Shown here: piece after piece, positions 37,155-49,981 of the stretch
How positions within the stretch are numbered: the stretch's first letter is position 1
Layout: each line of letters starts with the position of its first letter
From: Octopus vulgaris
Lineage: Eukaryota
Length of the DNA stretch: 64,000 bases
Direction of reading: 5' to 3'
Assembly (NCBI GenBank): GCA_951406725.2
Contig: OX597828.1
Coordinates: 5,642,001 to 5,706,000, forward strand
The notes under the pieces: generated by a model
Told to the model about the DNA's origin: nothing
Databases searched by the model: none
What the model saw: the letters and a program-made list of their open reading frames with translations, nothing else
Program-made: the position numbers and the translations under genes

Positions 37155-37236
37155 TTACACACACACACACACACACACGCACACACACACGCACACACAC
37201 ACACAAACGCACACACACACGCACACACACATACAC

Positions 37237-37267
<31 letters not shown>

Positions 37268-37320
37268 ATGTGCATATATTTATGTGTATATATATAAAAA
37301 TATATATATATATGCATTTG
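37155..37320. repeat. (CA)n/(TA)n microsatellite
   Basis: Read directly. Confidence 0.9.
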
Positions 37321-37339
37321 TATACACCCTTATGTGTAA

Positions 37340-37570
37340 ACAGGTGTGTGTGTGTATGTATTTATGTATGTTCCTATGTGAGTGTTTTTGTGTTAGACTC
37401 CCCCACATCTTGACAACCCGTGTTTATTTATGTCCCAGTAACCTAGTAACACGGCAACGTGAGGAAGAGAGAATAAGTAACGGGCTTTAATAAAAGAAGT
37501 ACTGGCTTTGGGTTCTTTTAGCAAACCCATCAAAAGTGTGCTCCATCATGGCCGTTGTTCATGACAGAAA
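37340..37570 (+). mobile_element. CORE-type SINE (family A) 3' half, diverged
   Basis: cccccacatcttgacaacc..gtttat..gtaaccta..gaataagta..gtgctccatcatggccg..atgacagaaa corresponds to the reverse complement of 20150-20340. Confidence 0.75.
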
Positions 37571-40127
37571 AATTAATGATAAAATTGAATTAACCTAAGC
37601 TTTGATTGCTTTTTTTGTTATTGTCGTTAGTGATTTTAAAAAAAAGTAGTGTTAATATCTTCTTAAATCTGCAGCAAAATACATAGTTTCCAACCCGTTC
37701 TGATTATTGCATATGTGAGAGATTTAATGATAGTTAAATGTATTTTTATGAGATAAGGCAAATTTCGGTTAAGCCACTTCGAAAATGAAAGAAAAATTCA
37801 ACTGTTGGATCCAAGGAGGCTGAAACAATTGCTGCTTTCCTTATTGTTAAGTACTTCTTTGACACCGATGCTTTGTAGTAATGAAAATATTCTTCAAATT
37901 ATTCTGTGTTTAGATTTTACCATTATTCAATAAAAAATAACTGTGATGCAAATTATACCATTTAGAAATTCGTCATGGTCGTATTTTCTACTCCTTTGTA
38001 CTCAGGTCGACTCAGTACGGGTTGACCTGTGATTAAACATAATTCGTAACACACCATTACCTCTCTTGACAACAAGCATGATAGAAAATTATTATTTCAC
38101 AATACTGGTGTGTATGCGAACGATTTTATTCGTGCTATATTCTGTAGTATGTCTAAAGCCACGACTTCAAATATATTACCGAATATATACCTTAAGATCA
38201 TTCGCCGCCCCTTCTCTTGAAATCGCTTATACGTTTATGCGAATGGGTTTCTAATTCAGTACATACTGGACCATGGAATATAAATGTATTCCACGAGGAA
38301 TCAATATGAAATAAAATATTATGGATTATCTATTTTCTGAGAGTTCATTTCTGAAATGTACTAAATGCATTATAAACTCAGTCTTGTTTTTAAAAAAGTG
38401 TTTAAATATTCAGTCGGTGGATACCATATTACAGAGACTGGTAGCAATAGCAACGAAACCCGTGGAATATTGTATATATTTGTCATTACGGCTTTGGAGA
38501 AATGACTCAACGACGTGAATATAAAGCATGGTATATATAGTTATTTAGAAATCCGCCCCCACCCTTGTGTATAAGAACAGAGATATTTGTACTTAGGAAC
38601 ATGTCATGTTAAGTAGATAATTTTGTATATTATTTTTGGATTCTTTTTCTGTATGTTTTAGAATATTTTCAAATTGTCTCACTACGTATTAGATTAAGCT
38701 ATGAAACTGTACATATCATACGGATTATTCAGATCACTACTCTTTCTACAAATACTAGAATGTGTAATCGCTGTGCATATGTCGCCGATATTCTTATATA
38801 TTGTAAACTATGAGCACATAGCATCATAGTTCTCTGTTTTCAAGCCATAATTAGTCTCTCCAGTTATACCAAAACAATTAATCACAGGTCTTATCTTTTA
38901 ATATATCATACTATTAAAGAAACAGCGAATGATGCATCGCTAAAATATAATTAAATGTACAAGAATGAATGATAGGATAGTAAAAGCATGTAACATTGAA
39001 GCATACGTTAGCGACTTGCAGTGTTGTAAATTTCAAGATGCACACACGCATATTCGTGTGAATATGTGTTTGCATGACAATAGGTATGGATGACCGAGTC
39101 TCTAACTCTGTAAATATCGGTTCCCATACATAATCATATGAATATAATAATATATTCAAACACTTCGTGGAATAAACTGATATTATTTAATTCATCGTTT
39201 CAGTTTCCATTATCTGTGTCTATAAACGTAGAAACTCATTTATATATGATAATTTATTCACCTTTAATGCCAGTGTCATTTAGTAATTGAGTGAGGACAT
39301 TCTGAAACACAAACTGGATACGCTTGTGTTTTAAACATGGTCCTTTCAAACTTATGAAATTCCGAGTGCAATCAAACTACTCTGCCCCTTGAGCCAGTGC
39401 GTTCTGCGGTTGTCTGAAATTAATGTAAATACTGGTTTCGTCCATGGCATCAGTTTTTGGAAGCTAGACTTGAACTGCCCTCTGCTTTGAAAACGTGGCC
39501 TGGAACTAGAGATATGCATACATGACCAATATTTTACAGCATTTCGATAAGAAGCAATCCAAGGAATATGAATGGTCTTACACTTTTCCAAAGTAAAGAC
39601 AAAAACCCCTCACCATCCTACTTTAAGCGACAATATATTAATTAATTTTACCCTTTGTTATTATTGATAATAGAATTTTCTCCCTGGTAACAAACTACAG
39701 ATTTTCTGTAGTATTTTACTTGACGTTCACGCGGATGGGCAGGGGAATTTTGAATTCGGCGGTACTAACACTGAATACGATCTGTCTGATACCGTTAGGT
39801 GGAGAGATATGTTCAATTCTTCCAGTGCCTTCGAATTTAATATTTTTAATATTTAATATTGTTGCAGTTCCATGCTGATGAAGGAAAATGGTTGGGTAAA
39901 GTATAATTCTATATTCCGTATACCGATCTAATTCCGAAACGCGTACATGAGTGTCCATATATAGATTGATTTTCGTTATTTTTCCTCTCTGCCTGCGTGG
40001 ATTGTTTTCAAGTATTTTGGTTTTTCTGGGGGTCCCTTTTTAAAGTAGAAGAAATAGCTAAAGTTTTTGGGCTGCTATTTCCAAACTTCGGTATGTGGTA
40101 AAGCAAATCTTTGCTGAACCCTAATTA

Positions 40128-40131
40128 TAAA

Positions 40132-40172
<41 letters not shown>
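40128..40172. repeat. (TA)n microsatellite
   Basis: Read directly. Confidence 0.95.
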
Positions 40173-40175
<3 letters not shown>

Positions 40176-40249
40176 TTAAAAGGTTATTTGTTATGGCCGA
40201 TCATTGAGTGACCAACCGTTTCGCACCTATAAAGCTTTGACGAGAGGTA

Positions 40250-40800
40250 TATAGGCTTTCTACAAGTAGAGGCTGTGAAATGTTATGGTGAATTAAATCT
40301 GTAAGAAAGATTTCCGGAACGAATTCCTACTGGTGATATGGAGTTATCCCCCTTGGAACACAGTTACAGCTACATCTAAAAGATATAGTTGATTGCTTTG
40401 TATACCTCGGTAAGCTTGAATTTCAAACATGTCCCTGATCAGAAAGAGTACGGTACACCATACATAATTAAACGGAGGCTCTTCCAAGAACTGGGACAGT
40501 ACTTCAACAGGCGCAAACGATGTAAACAAAAACTCTTGATAAACTCGCTTCATGGCGGACCTTCTACTAACAAGAAATGTTTAGTCAGTGCTGTCATCAA
40601 AGGAATTTGTGCTAAAATTTTCTTGTTTCTTGCAACTGAAAGACACAAGATTGGAATATCAGCATTGCAATAAGAATCTGAAGTCACTGTTCAAGGGGTC
40701 AATGAAAATTTGGTGTATAGTAACATAGTTGCGAGTGAGTAATTCCTGCGTAGAAAAGGATATGTAAGATTCCATTAGTGTAAATCTGTATAAGAGTAGA
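40250..40800 (+). mobile_element. Possible decayed RTE-like RT C-terminal fragment
   Basis: DIVDCFVYLG at ~40382-40411 (cf. EVVDxFxYLGS); downstream similarity is weak. Confidence 0.4.
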
Positions 40801-40959
40801 GGGTTGTCGCGTGTGATAGTAAATAACTGATTGGTGCACTAATGGAAGACAGAGGGGAGAGATCCTGAATGAGTGTGTGTAGTGCATATCAAACTTGTAA
40901 AAAAGTGGAAGAGATTTATCTGAACACATTCAGATATTGAGCGATGAGGCGGGAAGCGA

Positions 40960-40979
40960 ATGTATGATGTATGTGTGTT

Positions 40980-41053
<74 letters not shown>

Positions 41054-41258
41054 CATATGTATATATACATGCATATATAAATTTACATACATATATACAT
41101 ATGCATATATATATATATATACATACATACACACACACACATATATATATGTGTGTGTGTGTGTCTGTGTATATGTGTGTGTATACATATATATATGCAT
41201 AATATATATATATATATATATATAATATAAATAAATATATACATATATATATACATAT
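40960..41258. repeat. Compound (TG)/(TA)/(CA) microsatellite field
   Basis: Read directly. Confidence 0.92.
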
Positions 41259-41259
41259 G

Positions 41260-41366
41260 CGTTGGGCCGAGACAATGACAATTGCCCGAGGTACCATGCA
41301 GTGCATAGTGGAACTGAAACCGAAACCATACAGTTGGGAAACAAGTTGCTTGCCACACAGCCACTA
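41260..41366 (-). mobile_element. CORE-type SINE (family A) head
   Basis: ttgcccgaggtaccatgcagtg..gaactgaaaccgaaacca..gttgggaaacaag..ccacacagccact. Confidence 0.8.
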
Positions 41367-42669
41367 TGGTATGATAATATATATACATATATATATATCG
41401 CTGCTTCGAAGATCATAGAATTGTTCTACTGAATGAATAATGCCATTACGGAGACAAGGAAAATCATATAATACCAAAATATTCATAATATTCAAGTGTT
41501 CCGAATGCTTCCGTTAGCTGGTGCACTTCATATTATCTATAATCCGTAAGAATCTGAAAAAATAACGGAATATTCCATTTCATTATGGTAATTTTAGAAA
41601 CATCAAATATCTAGTCATTTTCACTCTATACATGGATTTTGCATAATATGTATTGTGCCAGATAATGGATACGTGAATAATTTTACATTGTATATTTTTT
41701 CATCTCAATGCTGATACTGTCAGTTCAATAGACAAGTTGTAAGATCTGAGCACCTGATATTTATTTCTTGAATAATTTCTCTGTGAATATATGCGAGTCG
41801 GTATTGAGCTCACCACCTCTCTACATCGCTTCATTCTCCTTCCCTCTCTTACAACGTATGTATGTATACGTATTTACATATATACATCCATATATATTTA
41901 TATATCATATATATACATACACACACACCCATATCGAAAAGAAATACATACACACACACGATGCACGCGTATATATATTTATAATTCTTCGTGTGTGTGT
42001 ATATGTCTATGTGTGTATGTGGATGTGTTTCTGCGTGCGCATGCGGGTTTGCGGATGCGTGCGCACGTGTATGTTTATAGGAAACAGCTTATATTTCAAA
42101 GATGTTGAAGAAATCACAGTTTGCGTTGTTCCTAAATCCATTAATATTTCTATAAAACTTCCGTGGTTCGATGACTTAATCTTGACGATGGCCACATACG
42201 ATGGATCAGATGGAATTACTGGGGATTTTGAAAGTAATTCTTTCTGTAAATTTAAGATTCTATAAAAGCTTGTGTTATAAGCTGAGTCTTCACTACACTA
42301 TTTCTACATTTAATCATAATAATAAGGTACAGCTCCACATAGTTCATTGATATATCTGTAAAATACCAACAAATACATATGCGTGTACTATTAGGTGACT
42401 GCCCTCTTAACAAATAAACGAACTTGACTGAATTATGTTTTGTTATAATCCTTATAATTCAATCAACAGAAAACTTATCGTTTGACAGGAATCATGCGAA
42501 TTAAACAGTTACTAATATTTAATCGAAGCATTTAGCAGACCAAACTTTAAAACAAGTTAGCAACTAATTACTAAATGAAATAGAGAATCTCAGAAGCCAC
42601 ACATATTTTGTCCCTAACGAATTCAAAGCCGACAAGTAGTCCTTTCTACAGAAGTTAAAATGCCTGAAA

Positions 42670-42874
42670 CCCTTTAGTGAGGTGACTAAGGGATTACATC
42701 GCCTCCATTGTTTCGCAGGTATTTATTTTACCCCACCCCATCACGAAAGCATGAAAGGTAAAGTCGAGCCCGAAAGGATGAAAGGCAAAGCCAACCTCGA
42801 CGGAATTTGAACTTGGCAAAATGCTTAGCGGTATTTTGCCGGGCGCGCTAACGATTCTGCTCGCTCGCCGCCTT
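42670..42874 (-). mobile_element. Nin-domain-type SINE (family B) with a small internal duplication
   Basis: cgaaagcatgaaaggtaaagtcga followed by cgaaaggatgaaaggcaaagcc; ggaatttgaact; gctaacgattctgc..ctcgccgcctt. Confidence 0.85.
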
Positions 42875-42884
42875 ATAAATAAAC

Positions 42885-43187
42885 TGACCCCTACGATGAC
42901 GAGGTTTTCATTAGATCCGATCAATGGAACAGCCTACTCGTGAAATTAACGTGCAAGCAGATACATAACCCCTGAAAAGTAGTTGTCAGGGAGATTTAGC
43001 CTGACACACACTGTGACAAGAGTGGACATTTGAAAATTCAGGTACATCTTATTTTTGCACGCTGAGTGGACTGGAGGAAATGGGAAATATAGTGTGTTTG
43101 CACAAGAACACAACGCGATGCTGGAAATAGATCTCGTGCCCTTAAGATCGTGAAACGAATAGCCTTACCACCAAGTCACGCGCCTTC
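42885..43187 (-). mobile_element. tRNA-derived SINE (family C), near full length, in tandem with the family B copy
   Basis: gatccgatcaatggaacagcc..gtgaaattaacgtgcaag..gctgagtggactggag..caagaacacaacgcg..accaccaagtcacgcgcc; shares blocks with 15325-15480. Confidence 0.8.
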
Positions 43188-43559
43188 GTTAATATAATAA
43201 ATAAATGAATGCTTAAGGAACTCACACAACTCAGCTCTTCAGTCACAACACTAAAGTGTAATAAATGACAGTAAATATGATTTACTAAGTTATAAATATT
43301 GACAACACTCCTGAAAGTGGAAACCACCAACAGGTACTGTCACAATACAATTTAGAATACATATATCATATTACAAGGCATAGCAGACCGTTTCAATGCA
43401 GAGTACACCAACAGACCAAAGGAACAAGACACAGATCCATTACTTGATGAAAACTATCGTATTTTATAGAATTCCACACGACAAGTTATATTAATAGCAA
43501 ATTAGAGAGAAATTTTCTACACAGATATACATCAAAATATGAACCCTTCCTGTATACCA

Positions 43560-43975
43560 TGAAAACGGGTCAATGCTGTTTACATTATAATATTATTATT
43601 GATTTTCCACACAAGGAATGGAAATGTTAATATGCTTCGCTGCTTCTGCAGAACGTTCTAATATATATCACGGTATCACGATTTCGACCAGACTATCGGG
43701 TGTTGTCATCTACACATATCGCTGGTCCCAATACGCTTCGCATCGTTGTAGCTTTCGAATGATACCGTCCCGCTCACCAGGTGAGCAGACCTACATTCCC
43801 CTGATCGGAAATTCAATTCCTGGCAAGATCACCCATTTGCAGGTGAGGGAACAAGAGTGAAGTAAAATGAAGAGATTTGATCAGGAATACAAAGCGCACG
43901 ATCGAAAGCGATGTTACGATGATGAGTGCAAAACCACTCACCACTATATCACGCGCCTCCAGAGAAAGGCTCAAA
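43560..43975 (+). mobile_element. Decayed RTE-like APE endonuclease, C-terminal half
   Basis: NG.ML..FA....I..TRF-like, Q.D.I.I-like and ESD..MMSAK segments in order (cf. NGxxLxxF..TxF..QIDYI..SDH). Confidence 0.4.
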
Positions 43976-43988
43976 TTTTGCATCATGT

Positions 43989-44054
43989 TAGATAGATAGA
44001 TCGATAGATAGATAGACAAATAGGTAGATAAATAGATAGATAAATAGATAGATA
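43989..44054. repeat. (GATA)n tract, left flank of the Tx1-like insert
   Basis: Read directly. Confidence 0.92.
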
Positions 44055-44751
44055 AGTTTCTTTATTGGCCACACAGGGCTGCACACATATGGGACAAGTT
44101 ACAAGGTAGAGCTTTTCTTTTGGGGGATGAAAAAAACAAAAAACAAAAGAAAAAAAAGGGGTGGCGTAGGTTTTCCATCAAGAGGGATCGTAAAAGGGAA
44201 AAAAGAACAAAAAAAATAAATAAAATAAAAAATAAAAAGAATAAAAAGAAAAAAAAGAAAAGGAAAAGGAACAAAAGAAAAGAGAAATGAAAAAAGAAGA
44301 AAAAAGGGGAAAAAAGGGGAAGAGGAAAAAAAGAAAGATCAATAGGGATCGTGTATCACAGTGTTATGATATATGGTGTAAAGGGGAAAGCAAGTAAGGT
44401 TTATCCGTGGGAAGAAAAGCCTACGAAAAAGACCACGGTAACCTTGGTCAATATTGTTATATGTTACCACATTTGTTTGCAAGTGGGTAACCTTCTGTTT
44501 TCAATTTCTGGGTTCATAGGATTATGCTCAAGGTGGCTTCGTCATTCATACGTGCCATCCTTGCTACATTCACCCATCTTTTTTTAAAACATTCGCTAGA
44601 CAAAACTTGCCTCTCTACTCTCACTTTCCTTTTCAAGTGGTACTTGAAGAAGTTGATGAGAGATAGACCAGAGAGGAAAGTGTTTGTCTCCAAGCCTTTC
44701 AGACCCGTCCACCAGATACATTCTTTCGCCATAGCCACAAGGATGATGAAA
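44055..44751 (-). mobile_element. 5'-truncated L1/Tx1-like LINE: ORF2 C-terminus plus 3' UTR
   Basis: Open frame IFIILVAMAKECIWWTGLKG...FFKYHLKRKVRVER...FKKRW...IIL* (cf. L1/Tx1 AKxxIW...F...W). It is followed by a ~460-nt pyrimidine-rich UTR ending AATAAAGAAAC. Confidence 0.7.
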
Positions 44752-44811
<60 letters not shown>

Positions 44812-44819
44812 ATAAATAA

Positions 44820-44853
<34 letters not shown>

Positions 44854-44983
44854 GGATAGATAGATAGGTAAATAAATAGATAGATAAATAGATAGCTAGA
44901 TAAATAGATAGCTAGATAAATAGATATATAGATAAATAGAAAGATAGATAAATAGATAGATAGATAAATAGATAGATAGATAA

Positions 44984-45048
<65 letters not shown>

Positions 45049-45050
45049 CA
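44752..45050. repeat. (GATA)n tract, right flank of the Tx1-like insert
   Basis: About 300 bp, read directly. Confidence 0.95.
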
Positions 45051-45589
45051 GGTTGGCAGGCAGGTGAGTATGTAGATAGGTAGGCATGTAGTATATGGAC
45101 TCATAATTACAGAGAGATAGGTAGAAGGTATAAATACCTAGAAAGTATTTATGTATAGACATGTATAGGAAGTTAGAAACATTCCGCAAAGAAAACTAAA
45201 ATATTGTGAGACAACGGGAGTTTAGTAAAATATTACCACCTGAATTCAAAGAATGAAGCACATGGCTTGAAAGAGTCAAAATTTAAAAAAAACGACTCAG
45301 TTAGAAGAATATGTAGAATGAAAATAAATACAAATGAATAAAACTAAGGAGAAAATAGTGTTTCGGACGTTTCCCTTTAACGGCAAGAGGTAATAGGAAA
45401 GGAAAGAGTGCTGAATGGAATATATGACCAGACAAGTGCGAACTATATATCATGCGTGTTCGGATTCTGTATTTACCCCTGAATATTTGCAAGGGTAAAC
45501 ACAGAGACAGACAGACACAAACACACACACACACACACACACGCACACACATATATACCTACATACACACACGAACACACACATGAGTG

Positions 45590-46010
45590 ATGCCGTGGGT
45601 GTGTGGTGAGCTTCTTTCCTGATCACAGGGATCCAGGCTAAGTCCCACTGCGTATACACTTGGACATGTACTATCTACTATAGCCATCGGACAACAAATA
45701 CCTCATGAAGGGATTTGGTAGACCAAAACAGACAGAAATCCATGTGTGTCTGTGTGTCTGTGTGTGTGTGTGTGCACGTGTGTGTGCTCGCGCACGCTTT
45801 TGTGTTTGTCTTTGTTCTACATTACTGCTTGGTAACCGCTGTCGCTTTCTTTATGTTCTTGCAACTTACTGGTTCGGCAAAAGAAACCGATAGAATAAGT
45901 ACTAAGCTTAAAATAAATAAGTACTGGTGTTCGGATCGTTCAGCTAAGACTCTTGGCGGCGATGCCTCGCACTGGCCGTAGTCGAATCACTGAAACAGTT
46001 AAATGATAAA
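45590..46010 (+). mobile_element. CORE-type SINE (family A), full length, diverged
   Basis: gtgggtgtgtggtgag..agtcccactgcgt..cttggaca..tactatagcc..ggatttggtagac..(TG)n..gttcggcaaaagaaaccgatagaataagtact..actgaaaca. Confidence 0.85.
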
Positions 46011-46717
46011 ATATAAAGGATACATATGTACACAGACAAACACACACACTCACTGACATATATATACTTGAAAATATACCTACGTACATTTATATAGACA
46101 CGCAGGCACACGACAGACTCCCACACACACATAGACATATATACATATATATATGTACGTGTGTGTGTATTTACCTACAAGGTGAGCAAAAGGTGTACAT
46201 ACGCTGCTATATGTATATGTAAATCCAAAAAATAAAATAAGAACGTAACAGACGACAATAAAAACCAAGATGGCTCATTCGTGCTTTCTGTTCATCAGCC
46301 ATGTTCCTAATTATCATTAAAGTTTCGGCCTGTTACACTTGAGGTTGTTCAAAATTGATATGCGCTAAAAATCTTAGCTAAGAGCATAACAATTTTGGAA
46401 GAAAGCAAGCGAATGTGTACGAAAAGACGGATTAAAAAAAAGAGAAAGCGGAGAAAAATGTGACGCGATTACAAATACGAACAACACGAGAATAACACCA
46501 GATGTCTTTCGCCTAAGAAGGAGAAATTAAGTTGTGCTGGGGCGTGGATTGAAAGCCTTGCCGCACAACATAGATGAAAGTCAGAAGACAGGAAAATAAA
46601 GTTTTGTACGGCGGCTGTCGGGCCAAGAAAGAAAGATCATGCTTGGTCGAACACCAGTCCCGTCGAAGGAACAGAGAGAGGTAGGGAGTAGAGGGAGTGA
46701 AGAATTAGGGAAGGAAC

Positions 46718-46718
<1 letters not shown>

Positions 46719-46752
<34 letters not shown>

Positions 46753-46994
46753 GAACAAAGGGAAATGTACAAGTATGATAAAGAAGGAAAGTAGAGAGAT
46801 TAAAGAAAGTGGATGTCAAGAAATGTGAGAGAGGGGGAACGAGAAAAAGAAAAACGAGAGAAAAAGAAGAACGTGTAAGGGAAAGTAAAGGAGAAAAAGG
46901 AGAAAAGTTGTACAGAATTTAGATACACACTTACAAGGTGAGTAAATGCTTACACACGCACACACACAAACACACACACACACACACACACACT

Positions 46995-47057
<63 letters not shown>

Positions 47058-47060
47058 TCA
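46719..47060. repeat. (GA)n, purine-rich, (CA)n and (TA)n tracts
   Basis: Read directly. Confidence 0.85.
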
Positions 47061-47149
47061 TACACGAATACACATATATGTATGTAAACATACACACATA
47101 AAAACATATTTACATTCAAATGATCTTTACAGCTTCAAAACAGCTGGTG

Positions 47150-47980
47150 TCTCTTACCTCAGAGAATACGTTGAGGGAAAGCTTTCAGCATAATAAAAGG
47201 TCTATCCATGGGTATATTGCTGGGAAACTTGAAGAAAACGGTAGAATTGACACGAAGGGCAGCCTCTGTTGAACACAAGACAACTATATTACATCACACA
47301 TTGAAGCGTATGCGTTTGCAATCAAGGAATAGCAGATTGGCACAAAGAACCTGGTGAACAAGAGAGACAGTGAGGCTCTTGTAATCGCAAGGTGCAACCG
47401 CGTGTGTAGGTGATGTCATGTTTCTATCTGAAACTTCAAGCTTGTGATTTGCAGCTGTCCTAAAATGTCGTCACGGTAATGTCTTCCTATGAGGAACGAT
47501 GTTATTACTAAAATAATTTACAATGTCATCTGCAAAAAGAACTGAACTGAAATAATCTTAGAAAATCCCTCTTTTATGGAAATCATTCATATACATCAAC
47601 TGAAGGAATACTGGTGGGATATTCCCATCACAACGTTTGTCAAATATAAACATAAGAGGCCGGGTATTGTTGTTTGGGATAGAGGGACAAAGCTACGTAA
47701 CATCATAGAGGTCAGCTGCCATGCAGATATGAATATCACTTTGAAAATCAAAGAAAAATATTTATGGGCAAGTGCTTTGAAACCTCCAGCTTCTATATCC
47801 AGACTCTGAATTCATTATAATAATAATTCATTTTAATAGTAATTGGTGCACTAGGTTTTGTTAGTAAATTCTTAAAGGAGAATATGGATTAACTGGGATT
47901 TTCAGAAAGAGAAATCAACCGGCTGATTGGTAGATTAGAAGTGCAATCTGCGAATGAAACAGTAAAAATAGGTAAGAAGG
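47150..47980 (+). mobile_element. REL-endonuclease LINE fragment (R4/Dong/NeSL-like, different subfamily)
   Basis: HGY; TSHIEAYAFAIKE*QIGTK; CNRVCR*C..VICSCPKM..LPMRND; ORF 47576..47809 EYWWDIPI..HKRPGIVVWD..IIEVSC..KEK; IVIGALG. Confidence 0.85.
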
Positions 47981-49981
47981 CAAGAGAATACACAGGAGAG
48001 TTAGTGAAATATGATTTTATTCAACGAATTCCACTCTCAGATACACACACTTATCGCAGGGGTCCTGCAGTCTTTCTAAGTCCTATAAAAGAAGAACTCG
48101 AAATTTGGGCCCGCAACGTAGCCTTTCTCGATATCCTTAAAACCACCACCTTTTCATCACTCACCCGTATGCACATGTACATGAATACATATACGCTTTA
48201 ATGCATGTATATACGTATATGTATATGGATATATATGTAGGAAGAGGATGTATCACGCAAAGCTACATCGGTGATGGTTATTAGAGATATATTTTAGATA
48301 AAAATGTTTTTATTGACAAATCGGAAACCTATAGTATGCGTAAAGTAGTATCTGGAATGCAGAAACCTGTATGAGTGTGCAATTCTCATTTTTCGACAAC
48401 ACTTGCCCAAACTCTAGAGGGGAAACAATTCGGTGCCGAAATTGTACAAGCGTAACTGGCGCCGAATCTTCCACAATAGAGTTTAAGGACGCCGTCTTGC
48501 CATAATATCACGTTCGTAGATCAGTTGTTCGAACTGTTGAATACTCATCTTCGAACCCAAGAAGTAGTTATTGTTTTATTAGGTTTAGTGAAATGAGAGC
48601 AACTTATGACGGAAGTTGAAAATTATATCTATATAGTGTTTGAATGTAATCAATAATATTTTTCCCACTGTCATCTGTAGGAACTTTACTTTACGCAGAC
48701 CAAACAAAAAGTTTATCGCAAACGAAATGATTAAGTTTTTATTATTTTATAGACTGACTGAAAAGCAAATAATCTTAACAGATAGTAAAAAAGTGCATTC
48801 ATTGGATCGGAATGTTTTATAACACTAGTCTCCAACGAAAATCATATTCGTCTACAACCACAAATTTCTAGCCTAGCTGTATTTTATTCAAAACAAATTA
48901 CTGTTCTTGTTTATTGGATAACTTTTTAAGAGCGCTATTTGCCACCATAGATGTAATCCTGAAATATATAGATTTCGTTAAAAGGCTAAAAATTTAAGAA
49001 AAAGGCACATAAAACTGGCGTACTGGTATATACTATAAACAGATGGAGTTATCTTTGATACTGGAGAAACCATAAACGATATCAAAACTAAAAAGTGATA
49101 CTAATACGATTTACTGATGACAACTTTCAATTTATAATTCCATTTGGAAGAGATTCCGAAAGTCTGCGTGATATTTGCTACATGCTGTAAATTATTAAAA
49201 ATCATGTACGAGGTAAATAAACAGGATAGAATTATATGTTTTCTTATAATTTTCTGGCTTAGTTAGCCGAATTACCTTGCGCATTTAGTTACATGAAAGT
49301 TAGCCAGCGGTGAATTAGATTTCACTGATTAAAAAGAAAAAGAAAGAAAACGCCACCATTTGAAGTATCATTGGGAAACATCAAATGATCTAGCGGACGT
49401 CGCACGATAGCCGAAAGCAATATTTCCTGGTTAAATATTGTGCTGGTCGAAATACAAAGTTAACACCTTAAAATGTCGTTAGAAGTTGATACTTTCAAAG
49501 ATAAAATACCATTTAAAAGAAGTTCATCAAAAAAGCTTTTAGTTGTATATTTATGCGAGCTGTCCCCATCCCCACCAAATAAATTAAAGCTATTTACAAC
49601 GTAATGCTGATATATCTGAAATTATTACATTACTTGTAGCAATCGAGACTTACTTTTGGGATTTCAATACTTTTATGCATTATTACATATATGCTATTAG
49701 ACAAAGTTATAAAGAACTACCCTTAATAACTAGTAAAAGAATTTGGCTTCAGTTGGAGGGTATCGAATAAGATTTTTAGTCAAAGGCAGTTTCGTTAGTT
49801 GTAGACTACTTATATTCTTAAATTTTTGTTGTAATTAATATAAAACAAGCAAAGCTTTCATTTAGCGCTGAAATCATTTTTCCAAAGCATTTCAAGAATG
49901 TTGACTTAACGATAATACACGTTGAAGATGCAAACATTGAAATAATAAGTAGATGAAAGTGACTTTTCAGTGATATAAAAT

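Noticed and set aside
40839-41416. Long ORFs rich in IY/CV/TH repeats (also near 10.1k, 22.5k, 25.1k, 26.8k, 28k, 37.2k, 41.9k, 56k, 57.4k)
   Set aside because: These are stop-free translations of (TA)n, (TG)n and (CA)n microsatellites, not genes.
44514-45104. 196-aa ORF as a membrane protein gene
   Set aside because: The N-terminal LSIY repeats are translated (TATC)n fused by chance in frame to a LINE C-terminus.
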